Shown in pieces: positions 38,271 through 48,370 of a DNA stretch of 64,000 nucleotides. Position numbers and translations under genes: made by a program. Numbering within the stretch: the stretch's first letter is position 1; each line of letters begins with the position of its first letter. The notes beneath the pieces are model-generated. The model ran no database searches, was not told where the DNA came from, and worked only from the letters and a program-made list of their open reading frames with translations. This stretch comes from Synechococcales cyanobacterium VAR_4_metabat_354 (GTDB taxonomy: Bacteria; Cyanobacteriota; Cyanobacteriia; Cyanobacteriales; Chamaesiphonaceae), in NCBI GenBank assembly GCA_031414775.1, contig JANOQI010000057.1:37709-101708 (forward strand), given 5' to 3'.

Positions 38271-39179
38271 TTAAGGCGTGCCACTAGTCAGAGCATTATT
38301 CAAAGATTTTTCTTCTGCCGACAACGACTTGTAGCCACGCAACATCTGATTGTATGCCTGAGACTGTTGATTGATTTCTCGCACGAACTGATTGTAAGTA
38401 TTTACCTGTTGGTTATATTCATAGCGCCTACCGGGATCTATCCGATCGAGTGTTGTCCGGTGCTCTTGTGCCCGACTTTCTAGCCGTTTGAGGCTAGCTT
38501 GCAGTGCCAGTAACTGCCGTTCTAGTTGTTGGGCTTTGGTCTCGAATTGGGTAAAAGCTTTTTCGTAGTTTTTGGAAAGTGCTACAACTGCTGATCGATC
38601 GCTAAAGTAATTGCGATAGTGTTTCTCGAGTTCCGGACTAAGATTAGCCACTTTAGTACCCAAGAGTGAATGCAGCTCGTTACTTACCACATCAGGATCA
38701 CGCTGCCGATAGATATTTACCAGCTTGTGCAGTCCAGGGTCTGGCGCATGATCAAAAGCCTCTAATAGCTGTGAATTGAGTATATCTTTTTCAGAAATAG
38801 ACAACTCATGATAGGCAGCATGGAGCATTTCATGAGCCGCCGTGGTTTCCATCACGCCTTGCAGGCGCTGGTCATTTACCTCCAGGATGAAAATACCCTT
38901 GGCTGGGATGTAGCATCCTAAAGTATTAGTATTATCACTAGAACCGGACTTTTTACAAGGGGTCAGACCAGATGTTTTGGGTTCAATTTGAGGATTAGTG
39001 AGATAAAACAAGCGCCGACCTTTTTCGGTCATGCGCGTGGATTGGGCGAGTTGAGCAATCCGCTGCGGTGGCTGATATTTGGATAGCTTGATGTTGTCAC
39101 TGATCGCTTTACCCTGGGTATGCCACACATATAAGGCCAAAGCCGCCGGTACCCAAAGATATTTACGCAGATTGCTCAT
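38271..39179 (-). CDS. Secreted/anchored putative zinc metallopeptidase (HExxH) with C-terminal coiled coil
   Basis: TLGCY, TAAHEMLHAAY, NELHS; heptad-rich C-terminus. Confidence 0.7.
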   Translation of the reverse strand: MSNLRKYLWVPAALALYVWHTQGKAISDNIKLSKYQPPQRIAQLAQSTRMTEKGRRLFYLTNPQIEPKTSGLTPCKKSGSSDNTNTLGCYIPAKGIFILEVNDQRLQGVMETTAAHEMLHAAYHELSISEKDILNSQLLEAFDHAPDPGLHKLVNIYRQRDPDVVSNELHSLLGTKVANLSPELEKHYRNYFSDRSAVVALSKNYEKAFTQFETKAQQLERQLLALQASLKRLESRAQEHRTTLDRIDPGRRYEYNQQVNTYNQFVREINQQSQAYNQMLRGYKSLSAEEKSLNNALTSGTP

Positions 39180-39191
39180 AGTGGAATTGTG

Positions 39192-40724
39192 CTAAGCGGC
39201 TGGTTGCCCGAGAGTCGTAATATACAATACCGCTTCATCAGTAGGAATTCCTAGTACTTCGTTAACCTGATCATCAAAGAAACCAGCAATGCCGCTCACC
39301 CCCACACCTAAACGAATGGCCGCTAGGTTTAGGCGCTGTCCTAAGTGTCCAGCATCTAAATGCAAATAGCGGTAAGCTCGATCACCATAACGATCGATCG
39401 CCTGACTCAAATCAGCCGTGTGGAACAGCACAGCGGCTGCATCCCGGCCTAGTTCTTGACCTAAACAGAGATAGTGCAGTTCCCGCTGGAAGTTTTTGAA
39501 CCGAATTTGGCGCAATTCTTGGGTTTGAGGGGCGTAGTAATAACAACCTTCCTCCAAACCATTTACGCCCGAAACCGCAATAAAGCTTTGAATCAAGCTC
39601 AGATCAAAGTAGTCGGGAATTTCATCTAGACCACAGTCGCCATAATGCTGGGGTTGGTAAGTAAAGTCTAAAACTGCTTTCAACTGATCGAATTCCAGGT
39701 TGGTGCCGGTATAACTTCTGGTCGATCGACGCTTTAAGATCGTGTCTTCTAAACCATCTAGAAAAGCATTATCTTGCCACAAAACAGGCTGTGTCACCGT
39801 CGAAAGCTTCAGGCAAAAAGGAAAGTTATATTTATCAGCAGACTGGTTGCTGGGTTTTTCGATACCACCGGTTAGCGAAGCTATCGGTGGTGGCTGCTCC
39901 TCGGCGGCAATTTTGGTAATTTCATGACAGTAAGCCAACAGCTGACCATCGGGCAAATCAGGATATTCTTGGCTAGTGAGCGAAGGCCAAGCTGAGGGCG
40001 TAGTCGGGCTAGCAGGTAATTCGCCTTCCAGATCTACCAAAGGCATCACAGTGGTAGTACCCTCTTGATTGCTATCTAGATACAGCAAATCATCTAGTGA
40101 TCGATCGATAAAGCCACCCACCAAATAGGGGCGAAAACCATTAATCGCTCCGGCTAGTTCTAAGTTACCTAGTAAATGACCAGTATCTAAGCAGATCCGC
40201 CGATAGGCTCGGTCTTGGTAGCGCCAAGCCGATCGATTAAAAACAGCGGTGGTCACTAGCACCAAATCCGTCTCCGCCAGCAATGGATGCTGAAAACAAG
40301 CTGCTTGCAGAGCAGGCCAGACGTCACTTTCCCAAAAATGGATGAGAGAATGATCTTTAGGCTGATAGCTATATAAACCTGGTCGTAAGAGTTTAGTACC
40401 TTTAGAAATTAGGTAAATCTCGGCTGGATATAAACCGCCAGCAGAGGGAGCCGATCGTAAATAAATTGGTGCGACCGTCGTCGAAATTTTAGCCGTCAGG
40501 CCATAGCTACAGAGCAAGAAGAGAGAAAGTCGCTTCCACCATTGATCAGAGGCCGTAGTACCCTCTTCTTGTAAATAAGACTTCAGATCAAAGCTAGCAC
40601 CAATTTTATATTCTTTATAAGACAAAGGCTGTTTACTCCAATCCAACCCAGTACTTTTGCTGGAGATCGTTTCGGGGTCGTATTTAGTCCGCTGATGATA
40701 ATGCTGGACAAAGGATTCCGTCAT
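39192..40724 (-). CDS. SagB/ThcOx family nitroreductase-fold dehydrogenase
   Basis: YHQRTKY, RSAPSAGGLYP, RYQDRAYR, RRSTR; two nitroreductase domains. Confidence 0.9.
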   Translation of the reverse strand: MTESFVQHYHQRTKYDPETISSKSTGLDWSKQPLSYKEYKIGASFDLKSYLQEEGTTASDQWWKRLSLFLLCSYGLTAKISTTVAPIYLRSAPSAGGLYPAEIYLISKGTKLLRPGLYSYQPKDHSLIHFWESDVWPALQAACFQHPLLAETDLVLVTTAVFNRSAWRYQDRAYRRICLDTGHLLGNLELAGAINGFRPYLVGGFIDRSLDDLLYLDSNQEGTTTVMPLVDLEGELPASPTTPSAWPSLTSQEYPDLPDGQLLAYCHEITKIAAEEQPPPIASLTGGIEKPSNQSADKYNFPFCLKLSTVTQPVLWQDNAFLDGLEDTILKRRSTRSYTGTNLEFDQLKAVLDFTYQPQHYGDCGLDEIPDYFDLSLIQSFIAVSGVNGLEEGCYYYAPQTQELRQIRFKNFQRELHYLCLGQELGRDAAAVLFHTADLSQAIDRYGDRAYRYLHLDAGHLGQRLNLAAIRLGVGVSGIAGFFDDQVNEVLGIPTDEAVLYITTLGQPAA

Positions 40725-40763
40725 AAGAACAGGGGGCTAAAACTGCTAATCTTCTTCAGCTTA

Positions 40764-41321
40764 TCATCCAGTGATGGTCATTCCCTGAGTAGTGGCTGTC
40801 CAAATCGCCCAAACGTCCACCAGAAGCAGCAAAGCCGTCACGCCCAAGAGGATAAAATACATCCAGGGTTGGGCTAGCGGGCGCACATCTTGAGTGTCAA
40901 CACTGGTCTGGGATTGAACAATTTCTACTAACCGATTAAATCCAGCCACCCGCATTGGTAATAGGTAGCCCTGTTGGGATTTATCCATAAAGTAATAGAC
41001 CAAGCCACCCTGACCGGTAGAACGCGCCTTTAGAGCTACCACATTTTGCCAGGGCAGTGACCAACTGGTCACCAACAGCGACGGTACCCACCACGGATAG
41101 CACACTTGAATCTGTCGATCGTCCGTCACCACTTGCTGACTTAAAGCCCCTTGTAGCAAAATCAAGCCAGCACCGGCTCCCGTCAACATTAGCCAAGGTG
41201 AGGCTCCGCCCGTCATCTGAGCCAAAAAAGGCAATGGTAGCAATAGGGCAATATAAAAAAGGGTCAGAGTAATTCTGATCAGTGGCGAAATCCGAAAGGT
41301 TTGCAGAACAGTCATGCTCAA
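40764..41321 (-). CDS. Conserved cyanobacterial membrane protein
   Basis: FRISPLIRITL, TGQGGLVYYF, LLPMRVAGF; 3 TM segments. Confidence 0.75.
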   Translation of the reverse strand: MSMTVLQTFRISPLIRITLTLFYIALLLPLPFLAQMTGGASPWLMLTGAGAGLILLQGALSQQVVTDDRQIQVCYPWWVPSLLVTSWSLPWQNVVALKARSTGQGGLVYYFMDKSQQGYLLPMRVAGFNRLVEIVQSQTSVDTQDVRPLAQPWMYFILLGVTALLLLVDVWAIWTATTQGMTITG

Positions 41322-41348
41322 AATATCAAAAACTGTTCGTAAGATAAC

Positions 41349-42746
41349 CTACTTCTTCGTCGCCCAGTCCTTACCGAGCTTGATAGTGATATCAGCATAA
41401 AGATCCCCAGAGGTATCGACTTCTACTGCTCCTACGCCAATTTTTTCTTTGATCAGCTCACCAGCCACTGGTCCACCATACTGGACATTAATCTGAGTAG
41501 TCGCCAGATTTTCTTTGAGGGCTTTCGGATCGCGATCGAGGCTGACATGCTGATAGCCAGATTTTTCCAGGGTTTTCAGAAAACGCTGAGTGGCATCTGG
41601 ATAGTAGCCGGTATCTTGAACTCTGATCCGCAGTTTTTCAGGAGGAATAGGCGTATTATCAATTTCACCATGTCCGAAATATTGAGCCATTTTGCTTTTA
41701 ATACCCGCTTCATTCGGTAGCCAGTAGCTAGTACCGTGGCGGCCATCACCATTGTAGTCACCAGGCAACCGCATCATTTGAGTCTTACCTTTAGCTGATC
41801 CACTGGCAAAGCCAGCTAGAGCAATGATTTGTTCAACGTTCAAATTAGTATCAATGTGATCGCGGACGATCGACATCAGTTGCGGTACCCGAGCAACGTT
41901 CATGGGATTCACCCATTGCTCTAGCATGGCACGCATGGCAATTTGCTGACGTTGCATCCGGCCTAAATCACCATTAGCATCCTTCCGAAAACGTAAAAAT
42001 CCTAATAATTTGTTGCCATCTAGCTGCTGCTTACCAGCCTTGAGGTTGACATAAAAATGCTGAGAGTCATCTTGATACTTCATGTCTTTGGGCACCGTCA
42101 AGTTCACCCCACCCAAAGCATCAATCAGTTTTTCGAGACCGAAGTTATTCATCCGGACGTACTTATCAATTTCGATGCCATTGAGGGTAGTACTGACTAC
42201 CTTCGCTGCTTGACCAATGCCACTTTCTTGATCGATCGCATTAATTTTGACAAATTTACCATTCACTTCCACCTTAGTATCACGGGGAATTCCCATTACG
42301 ATGACCTGCTTACTGACAGGATCAAAGCGAATCAGCATCATCGTGTCCGATAATCCCTGGAGAGAATCTGATTCAGCATCATAACCAGCTTTTTTACGCT
42401 CCGTGCGATCGTCACTCCGAATGTCTGAGAGGTTGGTTTTAATACCCAACAATAAAATATTTACGGGCTTCGTAACTTCTGGTACCTGGAGAGTACTGCG
42501 CGAGAAAGAATTGCTCTGCCGAAAGATTGACGCTTCAGCGGCGCTGAGCTGGCGATGTAAAAAAGGAGTAGCGGAAAGAAAAGAACCTAATGATGCGCCC
42601 CCGATGGCGGACAAAGCTCCCACCACGGCTAAACTCTTCCATAGCCAAGATGTAGACCTCTTTTTCTGCTTAGGCCGCCGTCTTAGCGCTGGATTGGTTC
42701 GCTTACTAGAACTGAGGCGAGTATTATCTACTTTTCTAGCTTCCAC
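41349..42746 (-). CDS. LCP (LytR-CpsA-Psr) family protein
   Basis: SDTMMLIR, IPRDT, RFRKDANGDLGRMQRQQ; LytR C-terminal domain. Confidence 0.92.
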   Translation of the reverse strand: MEARKVDNTRLSSSKRTNPALRRRPKQKKRSTSWLWKSLAVVGALSAIGGASLGSFLSATPFLHRQLSAAEASIFRQSNSFSRSTLQVPEVTKPVNILLLGIKTNLSDIRSDDRTERKKAGYDAESDSLQGLSDTMMLIRFDPVSKQVIVMGIPRDTKVEVNGKFVKINAIDQESGIGQAAKVVSTTLNGIEIDKYVRMNNFGLEKLIDALGGVNLTVPKDMKYQDDSQHFYVNLKAGKQQLDGNKLLGFLRFRKDANGDLGRMQRQQIAMRAMLEQWVNPMNVARVPQLMSIVRDHIDTNLNVEQIIALAGFASGSAKGKTQMMRLPGDYNGDGRHGTSYWLPNEAGIKSKMAQYFGHGEIDNTPIPPEKLRIRVQDTGYYPDATQRFLKTLEKSGYQHVSLDRDPKALKENLATTQINVQYGGPVAGELIKEKIGVGAVEVDTSGDLYADITIKLGKDWATKK

Positions 42747-42880
42747 TAAATATCCTCGAAGTCATGATATGGAACGTGGGTACTTGGGTAAATCTGGGCT
42801 AAGTTCACGTTCAGGGTGTTCAATTTCAGCATTCCCATTTTCGACTCAAGAGTTGATGCTCTGCATCCAAAATCTTTCAG

Positions 42881-43405
42881 TTAATCTGGGTACCAAAACA
42901 TACCTTTGATGCCTTCGGGGTCTTCGACAAAGCCCATTCCTCCATAAAAGCCCACCACCTGTGGATCGGCAAATAAAGTGATGTTGCTAATATCTTCAGA
43001 GCGAATTTTTTTGATCATATATTTCATCATAGCCTTGCCCATGCGCTGACTTTGAAAGTCTGGGTGTACAACTACATCCCAGATAGTAGCGTTAAAAGCA
43101 CCATCAGATGTAGCACGAGCAAAACCTATGAGACGGCGAGTGTTACCCCTTAGTTCCCACATGGATACTACTATAAAACTATTCTGTAGTGCTTTGCGTA
43201 CTTTCCTTAGTGGCCGCCGCGACCAGCCAACGGCATCGCACAGCTCTTCTAATTCATAAATATCTAATTGTGGATCTAGGCTTAGGACAATTGGATTGAG
43301 ACCCGGCGGATTAATACCAGTGATTTGAATGGGTACAGTTTTTACCACAGCTGATGCTGAGCTATTGCCCTCTGCGCCATTAAACAAACCTTTCCAAAAA
43401 ACCAT
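42881..43405 (-). CDS. ycf52: GNAT N-acetyltransferase, Ycf52-like
   Basis: [33 protein letters not shown]. Confidence 0.85.
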   Translation of the reverse strand: MVFWKGLFNGAEGNSSASAVVKTVPIQITGINPPGLNPIVLSLDPQLDIYELEELCDAVGWSRRPLRKVRKALQNSFIVVSMWELRGNTRRLIGFARATSDGAFNATIWDVVVHPDFQSQRMGKAMMKYMIKKIRSEDISNITLFADPQVVGFYGGMGFVEDPEGIKGMFWYPD

Positions 43406-43486
43406 GCTAGATGTTGAGGGTCAAAAAAGTGATAAGTTTTGTGGGTAAATCATAACACTTAAGTACTCCACAGGTGGCGGACTGTT

Positions 43487-44440
43487 TTGATAGCTATGGA
43501 CTACTTTCCCGCCGTTTTGGGTCAATCTCAAGCGATCGACATCCTCACCCAGGCAGTGAGGAAACAACGCATTGCCCCGGCCTATTTATTTGCGGGGGTA
43601 GCTGGAATTGGCAAAGGTTTAACAGCCCGCTGTTGGCTAGAAATGCTGCTGTGTATTGGTCAGGAAGAAGACCAAGTTAGTCGCACTCGCCATCAAATTC
43701 GGCAGGGAAACCATCCTGATCTGTTGTGGATTGAGCCAACTTACAATCACCAAGGAAAGTTGCTGTCGGCCACAGAAGCAACTGCCGCTGGGGTGAAAAA
43801 GAAAGCGCCACCCCAGATTCGGATTGAACAAATTCGTCAAATCACTAAGTTTTTAGCTCAGCCTCCTATGGCAAGCGATCGAGCGGTGGTGGTCATTGAA
43901 CAGGCCGAGACGATGGCCGAGGGTGCCGCCAACGCCCTCCTGAAAACGTTAGAAGAACCGGGACAAGCCACCCTAATTTTATTGGCTAGTGATAGTGCCG
44001 CTCTGCTACCCACAATTATCTCGCGTTGTCAGCGAATTTCTTTTCAGCGGTTAGCGCAACCACTAGTGGCCGAAATTCTTACTCAGGCTGGGCATGGTGA
44101 GATGGTGGCCGATCCATTAGTGATGGGGATGGCACAGGGCAGTCCGGGGCAGGCGATCGATCTCTGGGAGCAGCTCCAAACTATTCCGAGTGAGCTGAAG
44201 TCGGAGCTAGAGAATTTGCCGACGGCTCTGCCTCAGGCTTTAAGGTTGGCGAGGTGGATCGATCGAGAGCTGGATAGTGCGGTGCAGCTGACTTTGCTGG
44301 ACTATCTGCAATATTGTTACTGGCAAAAATACCAAAATCCGAACATGCTATTGGCACTAACGACCAGCCGTCAGCAATTACTGGCCTATGTCCAGCCCCG
44401 CTTGGTATGGGAATGCTTATTGATGAGTTTAATTCCTTAG
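43487..44440 (+). CDS. holB: DNA polymerase III subunit delta'
   Basis: APAYLFAG, NHPDLLWIEP, AANALLKTLEEP, TIISRCQ. Confidence 0.93.
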   Translation: MIAMDYFPAVLGQSQAIDILTQAVRKQRIAPAYLFAGVAGIGKGLTARCWLEMLLCIGQEEDQVSRTRHQIRQGNHPDLLWIEPTYNHQGKLLSATEATAAGVKKKAPPQIRIEQIRQITKFLAQPPMASDRAVVVIEQAETMAEGAANALLKTLEEPGQATLILLASDSAALLPTIISRCQRISFQRLAQPLVAEILTQAGHGEMVADPLVMGMAQGSPGQAIDLWEQLQTIPSELKSELENLPTALPQALRLARWIDRELDSAVQLTLLDYLQYCYWQKYQNPNMLLALTTSRQQLLAYVQPRLVWECLLMSLIP

Positions 44441-46035
44441 CGCATGGCGGCACTTGCTTCCAGATGTTTGATCAAAGTGCCAATCGGCAGTGGTCCCTGA
44501 ATATGACTCCAAGGCAATAGTCGATCGATCGGCCAATCTTGATGTACATAAAAATCCAGGGGCGGCACCTGGCCTTGCAATTCCTTAAAAGCCCGCTTGT
44601 AACTACCCAAAGAATCACCATATTCACGAGTCAGTTCTAGGACTTTGGTGAGCCTGCGATCGCCTCGGGCAATCAGGGCTTGAATAATTGACCAGTTATA
44701 GCTTTCTGGGCGAAACTCAATGCCTTTGGGTTTGAGACTTTTCTGAAGCAGTTGCAGGCGTTTTTCCGCAGTTTTTCTGACCCCCAACCACTGGAAAGGG
44801 GTATGAGCTTTGGGGACAAAAGTGCTACAACCGAAGGTCAGGCGTAAACCAGGAGCAGCTTTCTTGAGGCCAATCATCATCGCCACCGTGGCTTCAATAT
44901 CCTCAGCATTTTCCCCCGGAATCCCGGCCATGCCGTAGAGTTTCAAGCTTTTCAAGCCACCCGCCTTAGCATTTATCGCCGCTTGGGTAATTTCAGCAGT
45001 GGTCAGCTTTTTGTTGACAATTTCCCGCACCCGCTCCGAGCCACTTTCCACAGCAATCGTCAGGGATCGGGTATCGCGCTGGGTTAAAAGTTGAGCCAGT
45101 TCGACGGTGACGGTATTGGTGCGTACCGAAGCAATGCTCAACCGCACATCAGCAAACTGGGGCTGACCCAAATAGGCAATCAGTCGATCGAACTCCGGAT
45201 GCTGGGTCACGGAGGCACCGAGTAATCCCAATCGCTTAGTGACAGTGAGGCCACGTTCGATCGCCGGAATCAAACCATCATCTAAACTGGCTGTCCGAAA
45301 GGGCAGGGTCAGGTAACTGGCCATGCAAAACCGACACATCTCCGGGCAGCTACGCACCACCTCGACCATGAAAATGTTTTCCCAGGCGGCAGCCGGAGTG
45401 ACGACGGTGGAAGTGGAAAGCTGTTCTCCCCGATAGGTTTGCTTAACTATTTGGGCTGGAATATCGGGATCGATCGGCTGAATATTAGCAATATGGTCGC
45501 CGTCGTAGGTCACTTCGTACAGACTGGGAACATACACGCCGGGAACTTGAGCGAGGCGACGTAGTTTAGTAGCTCGATCAGCTGTGCGCACTTCAGCGTA
45601 GGCACTAATAAATTCCCCCAATAAAACTTCGCCATCGCCGATTAAGACCACATCGAAAAAAGCGGCAAAAGGTTCAGGATTGGCGCTCAAGACTGGTCCG
45701 CCGCCAAAGATTAAGGGATGCTGATTAGTTCGATCAATACCATGGGAGGGTACTTCAAGCTGTTGTAACAGATTGAGAATATTGACATAATCTAGCTCCC
45801 AGGACAGAGAAAAACCGACCAGTTCTGGCTCGCGGGGCAGATTTTCGTAGCCATCAATAAATAAGCGACTGACAGATAATAGGGGATTAGTTGCCAAATT
45901 AGCCCACACTACCTGATAACCCAAGCTAGTAATTCCTACCGAGTAAGTATTGGGGAAAGCGTAGATAGTTGGGATGGCTTGGTCGCTGGGTGCCAGGGGC
46001 TGAAACAGTAGTTTTTCGTCTGTGAACAAGGACAA
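44437..46035 (-). CDS. B12-binding-like radical SAM protein
   Basis: CPEMCRFC motif, FPNTYSVGITSLG, FVPKAHTPFQW; TTG at 46035 chosen to avoid overlap with ylqF. Confidence 0.88.
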   Translation of the reverse strand: MSLFTDEKLLFQPLAPSDQAIPTIYAFPNTYSVGITSLGYQVVWANLATNPLLSVSRLFIDGYENLPREPELVGFSLSWELDYVNILNLLQQLEVPSHGIDRTNQHPLIFGGGPVLSANPEPFAAFFDVVLIGDGEVLLGEFISAYAEVRTADRATKLRRLAQVPGVYVPSLYEVTYDGDHIANIQPIDPDIPAQIVKQTYRGEQLSTSTVVTPAAAWENIFMVEVVRSCPEMCRFCMASYLTLPFRTASLDDGLIPAIERGLTVTKRLGLLGASVTQHPEFDRLIAYLGQPQFADVRLSIASVRTNTVTVELAQLLTQRDTRSLTIAVESGSERVREIVNKKLTTAEITQAAINAKAGGLKSLKLYGMAGIPGENAEDIEATVAMMIGLKKAAPGLRLTFGCSTFVPKAHTPFQWLGVRKTAEKRLQLLQKSLKPKGIEFRPESYNWSIIQALIARGDRRLTKVLELTREYGDSLGSYKRAFKELQGQVPPLDFYVHQDWPIDRLLPWSHIQGPLPIGTLIKHLEASAAMR

Positions 46036-46057
46036 ATTAAGATTTTTAGATAGTGCT

Positions 46058-46981
46058 TTAGAGACTTTGCTCTGTAACCATATTATCGTGCAGGATTTCG
46101 CTGACCGGAAATTGAGGCTGAATAGTTGGTCGGTATTGGCAATTTGGCGGCAGCTCCAAGGGAATAGCACCCAGCAAACCGGTACGAAAATTATTCAAAA
46201 TGTTGTGGGAACCACGTTCCAAATCGCCGAGATATTTATCATTAGACACCGCATGAATAAAATCTTCGCCCGTCATAGACATAGGATCGATCGCATACCT
46301 TTCATGCAAACTTTCTTGATAGCCCAGCTTCTTGATCAATTCCACCATAGCAGCAGTAATTCGCTGTCGATCGTATCCGGCCTCCCCAATATCATCACAA
46401 ATTGCTAGCTTAATTGCCGATTTCTGATCATGCAGCTTACCTGGAATAATCCCTGGTGCATCCAATAGTTCTAATTCATCAGAAATTCTCACCCAGCGCA
46501 GCTGCCGAGTCACACCGGGCTTACGGGCACTTTCTACCACCCTTTTCTTAAGTAAGCGATTAATCAAAGCCGACTTGCCCACATTCGGAAAACCAATGAC
46601 TACGGCTCGGACAGCTCGCGGCAACATCCCTCGATCGCTGCGCCGTTGATTAACCGCAATTCCCGCCTTTTGAGCCGCTTTCATGATCGCCGCCACCCCA
46701 GTCCCTTGCCGCGCATCGGCATAATAAACCGATTCACCCTGGGTTCTAAACCAGTCTGTCCACAGTTGACGCACTTCCGGCGTAATCATATCCACCCGAT
46801 TCAAGATCAACAGCCGCATTTTGTTACCAATCCAGCCAGCCACCTCGGGGTGATGAGTCGATAGCGGAATCCGGGCATCCCGTACTTCTAATATCACATC
46901 GACCTTTTTGATTTGTTCTTGCAGTTGGCGTTGAGCTTTTGCAATGTGGCCGGGGTACCATTGAATGGCAGGAGTAGTCAT
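46058..46981 (-). CDS. ylqF: Ribosome biogenesis GTPase YlqF/RbgA
   Basis: IQWYPGHIAKA, DARIP, GFPNVGKS, DAPG. Confidence 0.95.
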   Translation of the reverse strand: MTTPAIQWYPGHIAKAQRQLQEQIKKVDVILEVRDARIPLSTHHPEVAGWIGNKMRLLILNRVDMITPEVRQLWTDWFRTQGESVYYADARQGTGVAAIMKAAQKAGIAVNQRRSDRGMLPRAVRAVVIGFPNVGKSALINRLLKKRVVESARKPGVTRQLRWVRISDELELLDAPGIIPGKLHDQKSAIKLAICDDIGEAGYDRQRITAAMVELIKKLGYQESLHERYAIDPMSMTGEDFIHAVSNDKYLGDLERGSHNILNNFRTGLLGAIPLELPPNCQYRPTIQPQFPVSEILHDNMVTEQSL

Positions 46982-47141
46982 AACTGTCCAGATTCTTACA
47001 CTGTCAGTGTAATCAATCTTGAGACTGAGCAACAGTGGCAATCAATTAGTAAAAAAATATTTATTGATATTGCCATATCACCGTGCCAGATAAGACAAAA
47101 AACTCATATTATTAATATATAGATTAATCCGAACTAATTCT

Positions 47142-47540
47142 ATGGATACAGGTAAACAAGATAAGAGTAATCGTGCCCTAGCTGCCTACCAAATTGCCAA
47201 CCAGCAACTTGGGTTGGGTCATTATTCGCAGGCACTTATTTCTTACCATGCCGCGATTAGGCTCCAGCCAGATGCGGCTCAGGCTTACCACGGTCGGGGG
47301 ACTGTTTATGCTGCACTACAAAACTTTGAATTAGCTTTGCGCGATGCTAAGCAGGCCATAATTCTCGCCCCAGATTATGCGTTGGCCTACTATTTACACG
47401 GGGCAGTGAGCTACGCGATCGGAAATCTGGAAATGGCCAAAACTGATTTGGCCTTAGCCGCAGACCTATTTCAGAAAGCCGACCAGCAAACTGACTACGA
47501 AAAAGTGACTGGATTGTTGAAGAACATCGAAAATAACTAA
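47142..47540 (+). CDS. Small TPR protein
   Basis: About 3 TPR-like repeats (AQAYHGRG, ALAYYLHG). Confidence 0.8.
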   Translation: MDTGKQDKSNRALAAYQIANQQLGLGHYSQALISYHAAIRLQPDAAQAYHGRGTVYAALQNFELALRDAKQAIILAPDYALAYYLHGAVSYAIGNLEMAKTDLALAADLFQKADQQTDYEKVTGLLKNIENN

Positions 47541-47665
47541 ATCACTATCAATCATTTTTTACTCTTACTAACTGACCAACTGCTCTTGATCCTTTGGGAT
47601 AAAATTAAATTCATAGATCGACCAAGACCCCAGCGCTGCAATCGAATCATTGGAGAGAAGTCTTT

Positions 47666-48328
47666 GTGAGTAATCCAGTTACCCTAAATCCACCCAAAAA
47701 AGTTAGTTCATGGCCTAGTGCTACCTGGACAGAATATCTACACCGTCTAGAAAATTCAATTAGCGATCGAGAGTGCGTTTTTTTCAACTTAAATAAAATT
47801 TGGATCGATATGGGCAACGAAGGCATCAACCACTCCAGATTTAACGAACTGTTTTCTCTGATACTATTTATCTGGTTTTCTAGACAATCTGAAGTGAAAT
47901 TTGATCTGCTGGGTGGTTGTGTAATCGAAAAGCCGCAGACTCAAGGTGCTGCCCCGGATAAGGTTCTATATATTGGTGGTAACTCTCCGCGCTGGAAGCA
48001 AGGACAACCTCGCCGAGTCAACTTAGAAGAATGGCGGGTGCCAGATTTAGTAGCAGAGATTTCTGACACTACTCTAGCGATCGATCTAGATGAAAAGAAG
48101 CAATTGTATTTAGCTTTGGGGATTCCAGAATATTGGGTGATTGATGTACGTGGTCGGCAAGTGATGGCTTTTCGGCTAATTGATGGCTTGTACGAACAAT
48201 GTAGTGAATCGGTGGCGTTAAAGGGACTGCCGATCGATCTCCTAGAACAAACTCTTGCCCAGATGGATAACGATAATGGGAATGCGGCTCTGTGGTTTGC
48301 TGCCCAGATTCAAGATTTATCTCTCTAA
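47666..48328 (+). CDS. Uma2 family endonuclease-fold protein
   Basis: APD, PDLVAEISDTTL, K..LY..LGIPEYWVID. Confidence 0.92.
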   Translation: MSNPVTLNPPKKVSSWPSATWTEYLHRLENSISDRECVFFNLNKIWIDMGNEGINHSRFNELFSLILFIWFSRQSEVKFDLLGGCVIEKPQTQGAAPDKVLYIGGNSPRWKQGQPRRVNLEEWRVPDLVAEISDTTLAIDLDEKKQLYLALGIPEYWVIDVRGRQVMAFRLIDGLYEQCSESVALKGLPIDLLEQTLAQMDNDNGNAALWFAAQIQDLSL

Positions 48329-48370
48329 ATACTGGCGACAAAGCACTATTTATAGCAAATTACTAACACC

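Noticed and set aside
39192..40724. SagB/ThcOx gene as part of a RiPP cluster
   Set aside because: No YcaO, precursor peptide or dedicated transporter is adjacent; stand-alone copies are common in cyanobacteria.
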